Assembly: GCA_964016885.1 (NCBI GenBank)
Contig: OZ024766.1
Location: forward strand, 21,576,001-21,640,000
Reading direction: 5' to 3'
DNA length: 64,000 bases
Origin: Eledone cirrhosa
Taxonomy: Eukaryota
In this document: positions 1 through 14,420 of the stretch, piece by piece
Position numbering within the stretch: the first letter of the stretch is position 1
How the letters are laid out: each line of letters starts with the position of its first letter
The notes under the pieces: model-generated
Database searches by the model: none
What the model saw: only the letters and a program-made list of their open reading frames with translations
What the model was told of the DNA's origin: nothing
Translations under genes and position numbers: made by a program

Positions 1-700
1 GGCAGAGGTTCCTTCCACCCCCATCTCCTCCCCATGGCCGCTGCCCCCCCTTGCTCTCTTTTGTTTTGACGTCTGGGTGCCCTGCAGGGGGTACCCCCCC
101 CACTCTCGTCCCCCCCTCTCCTGTCTTGCTGACTCGGTACCGCTCGTGGTGACCCATCCCCTTTCTATCGTCTCTTGTACCTGCTCTCTTTTGTTTCAAC
201 ATCTGCGTGCCCTTCACGGGAACCCATTCCGGTCTCGCACCCACCATCTCTCGTTTCAAAGCCCGGGTTCGGTTCATGGTTACCCTGGGCAACCCACCCA
301 CCCAAGCACCCACACATCTTTGTTTCTTTAATTTTACCTGTTGTATGTATTTTCCTTTTGCGTGTGTATGTATGTGTGGTGATTTTTCTTTTAAACTCCT
401 TTTTTAATGGTGTTTAGCAATGAATTAGGTGGGGTGGAGGGGAGATACCTGATTAATTTGAGTGGGTGGGGGTCAGGTCAGGTCGGGTCGGGCCTTGTGG
501 AGGGGGTTAATCAACGCAGGGATCTAAGACTACGACTGAGAGAGAGAGAGAGACAGCTGAACGTGTTCCACCAGCGACGCCCGTGAAGGACCCTTCATGT
601 GACCTGGCGCGACCGAGTGGTGGGTCTCTGTAGAGGGCAGTCGCAGAGCACCTGTGCTGCCTGGCTGGCCATATTCTGCGCCTGCCTGACCCAAGTGGTG

Positions 701-1788
701 GAGGTAAAGCCTTTACTGTGACAATACAATAGTATATATAGAGTAATGTAAATGTTATGTGAGGTAAAGCCTTTACTGTGACAATACAATAGTATATATA
801 GAGTAATGTAAATGCTATGTGAGGTATTATGTGAGGTAAAGCCTTTACTGTGACAATACAATAGTATATATAGAGTAATGTAAATGTTATGTGAGATATT
901 ATGTGAGGTAAAGCCTTTACTGTGACAATACAATAGTATATATAGAGTAATGTAAATGTTATGTGAGATATTATGTGAGGTAAAGCCTTTACTGTGACAA
1001 TACAATAGTATATATAGAGTAATGTAAATGTTATGTGAGATATTATGTGGGGTAAAGCCTTTACTGTGACAATACAATAGTATATATAGAGTAATGTAGA
1101 TGTTATGTGAGATATTATGTGAGGTAAAGCCTTTACTGTGACAATACAATAGTATATATAGAGTAATGTAAATGTTATGTGAGGTATTATGTGAGGTAAA
1201 GCCTTTACTGTGACAATACAATAGTATATATAGAGTAATGTAAATGTTATGTGAGGTAAAGCCTTTACTGTGACAATACAATAGTATATATAGAGTAATG
1301 TAAATGTTATGTGAGGTATTATGTGAGGTAAAGCCTTTACTGTGACAATACAATAGTATATATAGAGTAATGTAGATGTTATGTGAGATATTATGTGAGG
1401 TAAAACCTTTACTGTGACAATACAATAGTATATATAGAGTAATGTAAATGTTATGTGAGGTATTATGTGAGGTAAAGCCTTTACTGTGACAATACAATAG
1501 TATATATAGAGTAATGTAAATGTTATGTGAGGTAAAGCCTTTACTGTGACAATACAATAGTATATATAGAGTAATGTAAATGTTATGTGAGGTATTATGT
1601 GATGTAAAGCCTTTACTGTGACAATACAATAGTATATATAGAGTAATGTAGATGTTATGTGAGATATTATGTGAGGTAAAGCCTTTACTGTGACAATACA
1701 ACAGTATATATAGAGTAATGTAAATGTTATGTGAGGTAAAGCCTTTACTGTGACAATACAATAGTATATATAGAGTAATGTAAATGTT
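701..1788 (-). repeat. 72/60-bp minisatellite array derived from a MITE
   Basis: Tandem gaggtaaagcctttactgtgacaatacaatagtatatatagagtaatgtaaatgttatgt, with or without gagatattatgt. Confidence 0.95.
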
Positions 1789-2405
1789 TAGTATTTACAA
1801 TTACTATTGTATTTTTGCAGTAAAGGCTTTATCTCATATTTATCTCAAACAATATCGAATCTATGAGATTTTGATGATGATATTATTTATTTTGAGAAAA
1901 ATACCTTAACATCAGTATAAGCTGCTGGTTATGGCTGGTTTGAACAGAAAGAAGACAGGGAATTCTTGCCAGTTTAAATGCTAAAGGGTTAATTAAGTTG
2001 TGGGTTTGATTCCTGGACTCTAAGGAGGTCATGGCCAAACTACCGCCCGTTTGGCTTTTTAAATGGCCTTGAAGTTTTGTAGTAGTGTGGCCTGCCCTAT
2101 GATAAGCGACATCCATCTGTGGCCCGATGGTAAAAAAAATCTTACCCTTGCCTGCTCTAAAGCAGTGGTAAATGCTTTATCTTACATAATTATCTCACAT
2201 ATCGAATCTACAAGATTTTGATGTCATTTATTTTGGGAACAATACCTTAACATCAGTAGGAGCAGCCATTTACAGCTGGTTTGAACAGAAAGAGGTGAGA
2301 GAGATCTGGCTTGTTTAAATGCTGAGGACTTTGGAATGAGATACATGTTCCAGTGTAAGGGTTAGGATAAGGAATTTTTGTTGTATTTTTAAAACTTTGT
2401 ATGTG

Positions 2406-2445
<40 letters not shown>

Positions 2446-2970
2446 ATATAGTAAAGGGATATATATATAAACTTGTGTGTATATATATAGTAAAGATAAG
2501 GAAAAACCGGATATATAACTTTGTGTCTGTATATGTGTGTGTATATATATATATATATATAGTAAAGATAAGGAAAAACCGGATATATAACTTTGTGTTT
2601 GTATATGTGTATATATATATATATAGTAAAGATAAGGAAAATCTCTGGATATATAGACTTGTGAGTCTGTATATGTGTGTGACTGTGTATATATATATTT
2701 ATCATCATCATCATTTCATTTTACGTCCGCTTTTTCCCTGCTTGCAAGGGTGGGACGGGAGCTGATTTTTGGCTTGATTTCTACAGCTGGATGCCCTTCC
2801 TAACACCAACCTCATTTACAGTGAGTGCTGGGTGCTTTTTTGCCGTGGCACCTCCACGATTCCTGATGAAGATCTTGTTGAAGCCTAAGGCATTCCACAT
2901 CTACTGCTAAGACAGGTTGTACTGGGATACATGTTACCAGTAGCACCAACTGGTGGCCTGACATATCTAT

Positions 2971-3676
2971 ATCATCATTGTCATTTTACGTCTGCTTTTT
3001 CCCTGCTTGCCAGGGTGGGACGGGAACTGATTCTGGCTTGATTTCTACAGCTGGATGCCCTTCCTAACACCAACCTCATTTACAGTGAGTGCTGGGTGCT
3101 TTGTTGCTGTGGTACCTCCACGACCACTTTACAGTGAGTGCTGGGTGCTTTTTTTTGCCGTGGCATCTCCACGACCACTTTACAGTGTGGGCTGGGTGCT
3201 TTGTTGCTGTGGCACCTCCACGACCCCTTTACAGTGAGTGCTGGGTGCTTTTTTGCCGTGGCACCTGCACGACCATTTTACAGTGTGGGCTGGGTGCTTT
3301 GTTGCTGTGGCACCTCCACGACCCCTTTACAGTGAGTGCTGGGTGCTTTTTTGCCGTGGCACCTCCACGACCACTTTACAGTGAGTGCTGGGTGCTTTTA
3401 TGCCGTGGCACCTCCACGACCACTTTACAGTGAGTGCTGGGTGCTTTTATGCCGTAGCACCTCCACGACCCCTTTACAGTGTGGGCTGGGTGCTTTTTTG
3501 CAGTGGAATGATAGGGACGCCAGTCCCTATCATCTCATTTCTACAGCTGAGTAAACTGGAGCAATGTGCAATAAAGTGTCTTGCTCAAGGAAACAACACA
3601 TCACCCGGTCTGAGAATTGAACTCACAACCTTTCGATTGCAAGGCCAATGCTCTAACCACTAAGCCATGAACCTCC
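2971..3676 (-). mobile_element. tRNA-derived CORE-type SINE with internal ~49-bp VNTR and (ATG)n RTE-like tail
   Basis: On the minus strand: A box tggcttagtgg, B box gagttcaattc, CORE-like ccttgagcaagacactt, VNTR, and tail ...gacgtaaaatga..atgatg. Confidence 0.85.
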
Positions 3677-3681
3677 ATAGA

Positions 3682-3717
<36 letters not shown>

Positions 3718-3872
3718 CCACACATATATTATACATACATGTATGTACGTGTATATCTGCAAGCAAGCCAGGAAAAGCGGACGTAAAATGATGATGATTT
3801 ATGCGCATATATAATGTGTGTGTGTGTGTGTGTGAATAGAATTAGAATTTAGCTTTGAGCATAGCTGTGTAC

Positions 3873-4117
3873 AGATATGTATTGGAATTTTGTATTTCTA
3901 AAGAAATACGGTATGGCTATAAATAAACGTTTAGAAAGCCGTAGCTGTGAAAAAAAAACGACTGGTGGTGTCCTGCAGAAACAAGGGGGGAGAATTGACG
4001 ATGCATTTCGAACTGAACTGGTTCTCGTCAGGGCAATTGCTCCCACTCTTGCAACTAAATGCTTATTTATAGACATACCGTATTTCTTTAGAAATATGGA
4101 ATTCCAATACATATCTA
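3873..4117. mobile_element. Foldback/MITE-like element with long imperfect TIRs; related copy at ~9140-9465
   Basis: gatatgtattggaatt...aaagaaatacggtatg ... cataccgtatttctttag...aattccaatacatatc. Confidence 0.6.
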
Positions 4118-4249
4118 TATATGTATATGCGTATGTACGTTTACATGCGTCTGTGTTTGTGTATATTATATTTATGTTTTTATTGTTCATTATATATATC
4201 CTTACAAATGTGTGTATATATTTTTAGATAGCCTTTCTATATATATATA

Positions 4250-4285
<36 letters not shown>

Positions 4286-4631
4286 TATGCGTGTATGTAT
4301 ATATTGTCATCCTTTCTATTTATATATATATATATTTATGCCTATGTATTTTTATGCGAGTGTTTGTGTATATATTATATATCATTTCTATCTATGTATA
4401 TATATATATGTATATATATATATACACATATATTTATGCTTATGTATTTTTATGTGAGTGTATATTATATTACTTATGTTCATTATACATCTATACATGT
4501 ATGTATGTATGTATGTATATATTATTTTATATATCACCTTTTCTATTTCTATATATATATTTATGCCTCTATTTTTACATGTGTGTGCGCGTGCGTGTGT
4601 GTGTATATTATTTTATATATCACCTTTTCTA

Positions 4632-4784
<153 letters not shown>

Positions 4785-5164
4785 CATACATATATATATA
4801 TATATATGTGCCTCTGTATTTTTATATATGTATTCATACAAATATATTTAATGTAATGTTTAGAATTTTAATGTCACTAAATATCTTTATGTGTGTTATA
4901 TTATATTATATTATATTATATTATATTATATATTATATATCTCATATCATATCTCTCCATATCTACCTATATCTCTCTCTATATATATATATCTATCTAT
5001 CTATATCTCTATAGTATTTTTTTGATGACTAAATCCATATCGTGTCCGTGCTTTGCAGACTTTTGCTGCTTCGTAGAGACGAGGGGAGGACTTTGAAAGC
5101 CAACTTAACATCGCGGCTTCTGATCTCGTCACTCTCAACTTGAGATCTTCTTCTACTTCTACTT

Positions 5165-5196
<32 letters not shown>

Positions 5197-6029
5197 TCTT
5201 CTAGTGTCTTGGGTTCATCAATTATGAGTGAATTAATTCAACGAAAAAGGCACAACCTTCTTCCCATGAAGCATCTACCGCCCGCCTGCTTGATCAAGTG
5301 CACAGGCTGCATAGAAATGCCTTCGTCGCATCCTCCATGTTTGATCCTTAACCCGAGAAAAAAAACGAGAAAGAGAGAGAATGAGAAAGCAATGGAAAAA
5401 ATCTTGGAAAAATATATATGGATATATATATATATATATATATATTATTTATATATATATATAAATATATATACTTTTTATATATATATAGCAATAATAA
5501 TTAATGTGAAGACTAAAATCCGAAGAGGGGTCGATAAGGATAATATATATATATAAATATATATATATAAATATATATACTTTTTATATATATATAGCAA
5601 TAATAATTAATGTGAAGACTAAAATTTGAAGAAGGGTCGATAAGGATAATATATATATATAAATATATATAGCAATAATAATTAATGTGAAGACTAAAAT
5701 TCGAAGAGGGCTTGATAAGGATCATATATATATATAAATATATATACTATTTATATATGTATATATAGCAATAATAATTAATGTGAAGACTAAACTCCGA
5801 AGAGGGCTCGTTAAGGATCATATATATATAGAAATATATATAAAAACCGTACAGCAAATATTTATTAAAATAACAGATTAAAGGTTAAGCAAAACGGGTG
5901 AAAGCAGCGATTCTTTGCTTGAACTTTAATCTGTTATTTTAATAAATATATAGAGATATATATGGGCTTGTGTCATAACAGTAGGAAAAGACAGGGTTGT
6001 AAGACCGAATTTTAAAGTAACACTAATAG

Positions 6030-6346
6030 CTTTAAAACTCCCTAAATATGCGGCTTGCCATTAGTCCCTGAAATCTTTAAAACTCCCTAAATATACGGCT
6101 TGCCATCGGTCCCCGAAATCTTTAAAACTCCAAAAATATGTGGCTTGCCATCGGTCCCTGAAATCTTTAAAACTCCCTAAATATGCGGCTTGCCATTGGT
6201 CCCTGAAATCTTTAAAACTCGATAAATATGCGACTTGCCATCGGACCCCGAAATCTTTAAAACTCCCTAAATATGCGGCTTACCATCGGTCCCTGAAATC
6301 TTTAAAACTCCCTAAATATGCGGCTTGCCATCGGTCCCCGAAATCT
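6030..6346. repeat. 45-bp minisatellite (~7 copies)
   Basis: Unit ctttaaaactccctaaatatgcggcttgccatcggtccctgaaat. Confidence 0.9.
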
Positions 6347-6565
6347 TGCTGATATTGTAGGGCCTCCATCGCGGAGTAGGGAAAGTCCTGGCCATTTAAA
6401 ATCCATTGGAGCCTATTTTTTTTTACTTCTGATTCCTTTCACTGGAAGTGGAGTATCCATGGCAGGTTCCCTGGTGAATTTTAGGGGTAAGTTTACTGTA
6501 CCTGGATGCCCGTCTTAATCACAAACCACGTTAGGTGTATTTTATTGTATAGATCATAGCACACA

Positions 6566-7141
6566 TGGGACGGGAACTGATTCTGGCTTGATTTCTACAG
6601 CTGGATGCCCTTCCCAACACCAATCTCATTTTCAGTGAGTGCTGGGTGCTTTTTTTACCGTGGCACCTCCACGACCACTTTACAGTGTGGACTGGGTGCT
6701 TTTTTTACCGTGGCACCTCCACGACCTCTTTACAGTGTGGACTGGGTGCTTTTTTTACCGTGACACCTCCACGACCACTTTACAGTGTGGACTGGGTGCT
6801 TTTTTTACCATGACACCTCCACGACCACTTTACGGTGTGGGCTGGGTGCTTTTTTTACCATGACACCTCCACGACCACTTTACAGTGTGGGCTGGGTGCT
6901 TTTTTTACCGTGGCACCTCCACGACCACTTTACAGTGTGGACTGGGTGCTGGTGCTTATTTTGCCATGACACCTCCACGACCACTTTGCAGTGGAATGAT
7001 AGGGACCCCAGGTGAGTAAACTGGAGCAATGTGAAATAAAGTGTCTTGCTCAAGGAAACAACACATCACCTGGTCTGAGAATTGAACTCACAACCTTTCG
7101 ATGGCAAGCCCAATGCTCTAACCACTAAGCCGTGTGCCTCC
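6566..7141 (-). mobile_element. SINE of the same family
   Basis: Near-identical head, CORE-like segment and VNTR. Confidence 0.85.
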
Positions 7142-7570
7142 AATATATACATATATATAAAAGCCTTATAGCTTGTTATACAGTAGTTGTTCCCCAGTAT
7201 TTGCAGCGTTAAATTCATAAAGCAGCAACGAAGAGTGAAAAACCGACTATTGGACGTGGTCCATAAAAAAGCCTTATAAACGTCAAAACATAAACATGAC
7301 GTAAAATTTAATTTAAAAAACAGAGGGACTGTTTTACAGTGAAGGGGTGCCCAATAGGCCAGCAAATATAGTATATTGTTCTTAATAATTTACCATTATG
7401 TTATAGTATGTTGAGTTCAAATCCCGCCGAGGTTAACTTTGCCTTTCATCCTTACAGGGTCGATAAAAAAAGTACCAGTAATACACTGGGGTAATTGCTG
7501 GCCTTGTGCCAAAAAGTAGAAATGATTATGTGATAGTAACCATATAAGGAAGCAATGAATCAGTATTGCG

Positions 7571-7614
<44 letters not shown>

Positions 7615-7809
7615 TTATATTTATATTTATATATATGTATATATATATGTATATATATTTATTTATATATATATTTATATATATTTATATTTATATATAT
7701 GTATATATATGTATATATATTTATTTATATATATGTATATTTATTTATATATATATATATATATTTATATATATGTATATATATTTATATATATATATTT
7801 ATATTTATA

Positions 7810-7842
<33 letters not shown>

Positions 7843-8363
7843 ATATATATATATTTACGTATATATTTATGTATATATTTATATATATATATTTATATTT
7901 ATATATTTATATTTATATATTTATATATATATATTTATATATTTATATATATATATTTATATTTATATATTTATATTTATATATTTATATATATATATTT
8001 ATATATTTATATATATATATTTATATATATATATTTATATATATACATATACATATATATTTATATATATATATTTATATATTTTTATATATATACATAT
8101 ACATATATAAATATATATATATATATACATATATATACATATATATATATACATATATATAAATAAATATATATAAATATATATAAATACATATATATAT
8201 ATACACACATATATATATATACATAAATATATATGTATATGTAAAAGGTAAACAGAAATAACAACACAATCGCTACAGTATATGGAAGGGATATATTAGG
8301 TATTAGGTTAATGCTTGATATAGCAGGAAGAAGGTCTTAACATTTCGGACGCTGGTCCTTCAT

Positions 8364-8402
<39 letters not shown>

Positions 8403-9487
8403 ATACATATATAAATATATATTACATATATATTTTTCGAGATTTTTTTTAAAAAGATTTCTCCAAACACAAAAAAAAATTGATTAAGACGACATCGACA
8501 ACGACGAACCTCCTTCCTGCCAGACAAGTTGTGCATACCTTTGTCTACCCTTGACCTCCCCCGCTCCTGGGGGGGAGGCATTCGTTGATCATTGTCTTCA
8601 GATCTTCAGAAATTTAGAGAGTGAGAGCGAGAGAGAGATCTTCATTTTTAGAGAGCGACGTTTCACCACCACCACCACTACTACCACCACCACCACCACC
8701 ACTACTACTACTACGATGCATTGAACGACACAACATCTGGGGACCCTCTCCCCCCACCCACCCGCCCTCACATTCCGCCAGCCAGCCAACCATACCTTTG
8801 TACTGCTAATCAACTCGACGATCCACTGTAAAACAATATATATATATATATATAAATATGTATATATGTATATATGTATATATATATATGTGTGTGTGTT
8901 AAATGAAAAAAAAAAAAATGTTTGATTTCATAGAGACAGGGATCGGCTGAGCGCTTTCTACCCCGTCCCCTAGTTCCTTGTTGGTGGCTTTTTTTCTTCT
9001 TGAAAGAAAGAATACGACTTCAGACAGCACTGATACACGACAGCACTGCGTCACATTGAATTTATATATATATATGTATATATATGTGTGTGTGTGTGTA
9101 AGATTTTTGCTCCGACATAGCTGTATACATTGAGCTATGTGAATTTCGTGTATCTAATGACATACAGTATGCTTGCGAATAAACATTTTGAAAAGCCATT
9201 TAGCTGTGAATATTGGTTAGCTGACGGCTAGCGCCGTCTGGCAGATTCCAGCAGAGGTAATGGGGGGATAACTGCCACTGGCCTTCATGGGGACAGTGCT
9301 TCTATTGCTCTCTGCTGGAAAACTTAAATCAGGCGAAACCACATTCTTGTAGATGGGCTGAATACTTTCATTTGAATATAGAGCTGCGTCAGCTTTTCAA
9401 TGTTCATAGTTAGAAGGCTTTCCAAATGTTTATTCGTAAACATACTGTATATGATATAGGAGATTCATATATATATATATATATATA

Positions 9488-10397
9488 TAAACGTTTGTAT
9501 ATGTATAGTAAAGCCAAAACAATGCAGGTATGGACATAGAATAAAGAATGCAAATGCAAAAGATGTTGTTGACAATTAGTCTTTTACCTTAGATTTATTT
9601 AAATATCCTTAATTTTCGAGATAATATCTCTTCTTCGGAGGGAAGTAAAGCGGTTAAACCAGCGTTCTAGATAGCTTTCCAAGTCATGCTGACAGAACTA
9701 TTTAGAACACTGGTTTAACCGCTTTACTTCCCTCCGAAGAAGAGATATCTCGAAAATTCAGGATATTTAAATAAATCTAAGGTAAAAGACTAATTGTCAA
9801 CAACATCTTTTGCATTTGCATTTATATTCTATGTCCATACCTGCATTGTTTTGGCTTTACAAATACAAATGTTTATATATATATATATATATATATATAT
9901 GGAGGAAGTTATACTTCACTTGAAGCATTGTGTAATGAGGTATAAACGTTTGTATATGTATAAAAAAGCCAAAACAATGCAGGTATGGACTTAGAATATA
10001 AATGCAAATGCAAAAGATATTGTTGACAATTAGTCTTTTACCTTAGATTTATTTAAATGTCCTTAATTTTCGAGATAATATCTCTTCTTCGGAGGGAAGT
10101 AAAGCGGTTAAACCAGCGTTCTAAATAGCTTGCCAGTCATGCTGACAGAACTATTTAGCAATTTAGCTATTTAGGACGCTGGTTTAACCACTTTACTTCC
10201 CTCCGAAGAAGAGATATTATCTCGAAAATTAAGGATATTTAAATAAATCTAAGGTAAAAGACTAATTGTCAACAACATCTTTTGCATTTGCATTCTTTAT
10301 TCTATGTCCATACCTGCATTGTTTTGGCTTTTTTATACATATACAAACGTTCATACCTCATTACACAATGCTTCAAGTGAACTATAACTTCCTCCAT
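9488..10397. mobile_element. Nested inverted repeats of a Penelope-like fragment with minimal hammerhead motifs
   Basis: Four ~180-bp arms in alternating orientation, each with CCGAAGA-A-GAGAT(ATT)ATCTC-GAAA-ATT(C/A)-AGGA. Confidence 0.6.
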
Positions 10398-10701
10398 ATA
10401 TATATATATATATATATACACACTTATATATTTACGAGAAGATGCAGAAAGCTCAGGTGCAGGAATATAACTGTAATTGCGATCAGTTATGAAAAATAGC
10501 TTCTAAAAACTGGGGACATTTTAATTTTTGCTCTCTGTGGGGCCCTTACCTGGGTTTTATCAGCTATTTTTCATAAGTTGGCAGTTATTTTCTGCATTTG
10601 AGCTCCCTTCCTTACATCCTCTTATAAATATATTTGGTCAGGGCTTTGTAGGTTCAGAAATTCAAGCTTCACGCACGACATATACATACATATATATGTG
10701 C

Positions 10702-10741
<40 letters not shown>

Positions 10742-10796
10742 GATGTGTGCCAGCATTTTTTTTTTTGTGTTTTTGGGGGGTTTTTTCCTACTATTG

Positions 10797-10828
<32 letters not shown>

Positions 10829-11142
10829 GAGAAAAGCACAACAAACGCACGGCCACCGTCAGTGTAAACTTATGTTAAGAAACCACCACCACCACCACCA
10901 CCACCACCACCCATCATAGATACACCAGAGGCAGTGAACATCCATTCTACCTACATATTTAGACATCTAATTGAGAGAGAGAGAGAGAGAGAGACAGAGA
11001 TATGCGCATATAATACACATGTGTACGTGCCTATATATATGTATACATACATGTATATATATAGAGATAGTATAGCCGTTTATATATATAGACATTAGTT
11101 TTTATATACACTCAGGGGTATAAGTAGTAAGGACAAAAAGTG

Positions 11143-11176
<34 letters not shown>

Positions 11177-11328
11177 TATATACCCTTAAAGAATGCGACT
11201 ACTTGATAGGATATTAAGGGTATGTATATATGTATACATACATGTATATATATAGAGATAGTATAGCCGTTTATATATATAGACATTAGTTTTTATATAC
11301 TCTCAGGGATATAAGTAGTAAGGACAAA

Positions 11329-11381
<53 letters not shown>

Positions 11382-11637
11382 CTTAAAGAATGCAACCACT
11401 TGATAGGATATTAAGGGTATATATATATATATATATATGTATACATACATGTATATATATAGAGATAGTATAGCCGTTTATATATGAAGACATACATATT
11501 GATAGTTTTTATATACTCTCAGGGATGTAAGTAGTAAGGACAAAATATATATATATGTATATAAATATATATATATACCCTTAAAGAATACGACCATTTC
11601 TGTTGGAAGCTCCCAGATAGGATATTAAGGGTATTTT

Positions 11638-11967
11638 CATCATCATCATAATTTTTACGTCCACTTTTCCCTGCTTGCAAGGGTGGGACGGGAACTGATT
11701 CTGGCTTGATTTCTACAGCTGGATGCCCTTCCTAACACCAACCTCATTTACAGTGAGGGCTGGGTGCTTTTTTGCCGTGGCACCTACACGACCACTTTAC
11801 AGTGGAATGATAGGGACCCCGGTCCCTATCATCTCATTTCTACAGCTGAGTAAACTGGAGCAATGTGAAATAAAGTGTCTTGCTCAAGGAAACAACACAT
11901 CACCCGGTCTGAGAATTGAACTCACAACCTGTCAATTGCAAGGCCAATGCTCTAACCACTAAGCCAC
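11638..11967 (-). mobile_element. SINE of the same family (single VNTR unit)
   Basis: Near-identical to the other copies. Confidence 0.85.
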
Positions 11968-13923
11968 TATATTTATTTAGGTAAAGCACGGAGCGTATGT
12001 GCATAAACTCGCACGCACTGTGCTGTATTATGGCAGTATTGTGTTAACTCAATGTACAAGAACAGAGCTGTTATATGCAAAAGAAACCAAAGAATGTTTA
12101 TATGCTCAAACAGTCTTTATTTACTTAGAGTGTTTCATCCTGCCTTTTGACAGGAATCCTCAGAGCCTAATAAATACAGTGTTGAGTATAAGCTCCACAA
12201 AAACCTAGTCACACGAACAATAAGAATAGATGGGATGGGTGTGTTCTTAAGTGACAAAGGCAGGTAGTCTTTGGTTAGCATACTGTCAAGTTAATATAAG
12301 CATACACCAGTGGATGTGTGGGTTATATTTATTAGCTCTACCAGAGGTAGCAATATAACCCACACATCCACTGGTGTATGCTTATATTAACTTGACAGTA
12401 TGCTAACCAAAGACTACCATGCAAAAGAAACCAAAGAACGCTTACATACTCAAACAGTCTTTATTTACTTAGAGTGTTTCATCCTACCTTTTGACAGGAA
12501 TCCTCAGAGCCTAATAAATACAGTGTTGAGTATGCTTATTTTGAGAATAATACCTTAACTTCAGTATAAGTGGCCAGTTACAGCCGGTTTGAACAGAAAG
12601 AGGTGAGAGAATTCTGGCCAGTTTAAATGCTAAAGGGTTAAACCCCCAGCTATTGCTGGTACTCGTTTACAGCTGAGTACGCTGGGGGAATGTGAAATAA
12701 AGTGTTTAGCTCAAGAACACAACACGCAACATTATGATCGTAAGTCCAACACCCTTACCACTAGGCCACGTGCCCCCACATATATATAGAATGATAAATG
12801 TACTCATAAAATGAATGAAGACAAAATTGTCTAAGTTAATTTGAATCTATATGTATGTACATAATACTAGTTGTTTGTCACTTAGATATATGAAAGAAAC
12901 TTTTTTGTATATGTATATATATAAAGGGTCGAATTTAATAGGAAGCAATTGCTCAAGGCCCTCCACAGCGGGGGAGAGCCCACTAGTGATAACTAGCAAT
13001 TTATTTGTGCCCTCTGCTGAGCTTTTTAACAAAAAGTATTTAATGTCCTTACTGTGGCAAAATTCATCAAATTTTCTCAACTTTAGCGACATCAGGTTAT
13101 CAGAACAATATTGTAATAAAAAGTATTTGATGTCGCTGTATATAGTAAGGAAAAAATGTCTCTATGTATATATATATGTATATAGCTATATCTATGTATG
13201 TATATATGTGTGTATATATATGTGTATTCTCAAAGCATCTATGAAAGATCAACCGCCATGTCTTCCTTTCGTCTAGAAAAACAAATCAAATCGCGAACGT
13301 GCGTAAGTTTACAACTACTTTAGCACATGCCTGTATATATATATATATTATATCTATCTATCTGTTTGTCTCTTCTGTACCCTATCTTCCTTGTGGTTTT
13401 TATTTTTTGGTGGGAGGTAATTAAAATGTCAGCCATCGAGCCACGTTTCCTGTGGTATTCCCCCAGGGACCTGGTGTGTTTTCGTAGTTTAATTTAATAT
13501 AAGTCGCTTGATATATATATTTTCTCTTTTACTGTATCGTAGAGGAAGAAAGCAAGCAAGCAAAAGTCACATAGGGATTTGGAGTTGTGTTTTGTCTACG
13601 GCAAAGTAATGGTGGCTGACCATTTGGAACCTGACCAAAGTTGATTGATACACGGTGGAGACCCCGGTCTAGAGTTCAATCGCGGGTCCAAGTAATTACA
13701 ACAGTTTTGCCAGGTGCTGCTCTTAATTTAGACATGGCCTGAGCCAATAATACTGGCTGAAACCTATCAAAGTTAGGGTGTCTTGTTTTACCCTCTCCTG
13801 TCTTGTAGGGTCAACTACATTACAACCTCGGGTGAAATATGACCCCCCCCCCCCCCCCCATCCCATCCTTTTTTTTTTTCCTCGTAGGGTTTTTCCTAAA
13901 TATATATTGAAGCTCAAGTTCTC

Positions 13924-14371
13924 ATAGATTGTCTTGAGTACATGACCTAGGGTCGTATAGATTGTCTTGAGTACATGACCTAGGGTCGTATAGGTTGTCT
14001 TGAGTACATGACCTAGGGTCGTATAGGTTGTCTTGAGTACATGACCTAGGGTCGTATAGATTGTCTTGAGTACATGACCTAGGGTCGTATAGGTTGTCTT
14101 GAGTACATGACCTAGGGTCGTATAGATTGTCTTGAGTACATGACCTAGGGTCGTATAGGTTGTCTTGAGTACATGACCTAGGGTCGTATAGATTGTCTTG
14201 AGTACATGACCTAGGCTCGTATAGGTTGTCTTGAGTACATGACCTAGGCTCGTATAGATTGTCTTGAGTACATGACCTAGGGTTGTATAGATTGTCTTGA
14301 GTACATGACCTAGGGTCGTATAGATTGTCTTGAGTACATGACCTAGGGTTTTGAGGTTGTCTTGAGTACAT
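13924..14371. repeat. 33-bp minisatellite (~13 copies)
   Basis: Unit tagattgtcttgagtacatgacctagggtcgta. Confidence 0.95.
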
Positions 14372-14420
14372 ATTGTCCTCACAGCCCTGTTAAAAAGTCT
14401 AGGGTGCCCTCACAGCGCTG

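Larger units (their letters stand above)
5059..13302 (+). other. Candidate poison exon region of the upstream SR gene (unique islands interrupted by TEs)
   Basis: Acceptor ctttgcag| at 5058; TGA at 5141-5143 in the phase-2 frame; perfect donor |gtaagt at 13303. The unique islands are rich in CATC, TCAAC, TCTTC and ACGAC. Confidence 0.35.

Noticed and set aside
2860-2890. ctgatga as a possible hammerhead core
   Set aside because: No stem II or GAAA follows.
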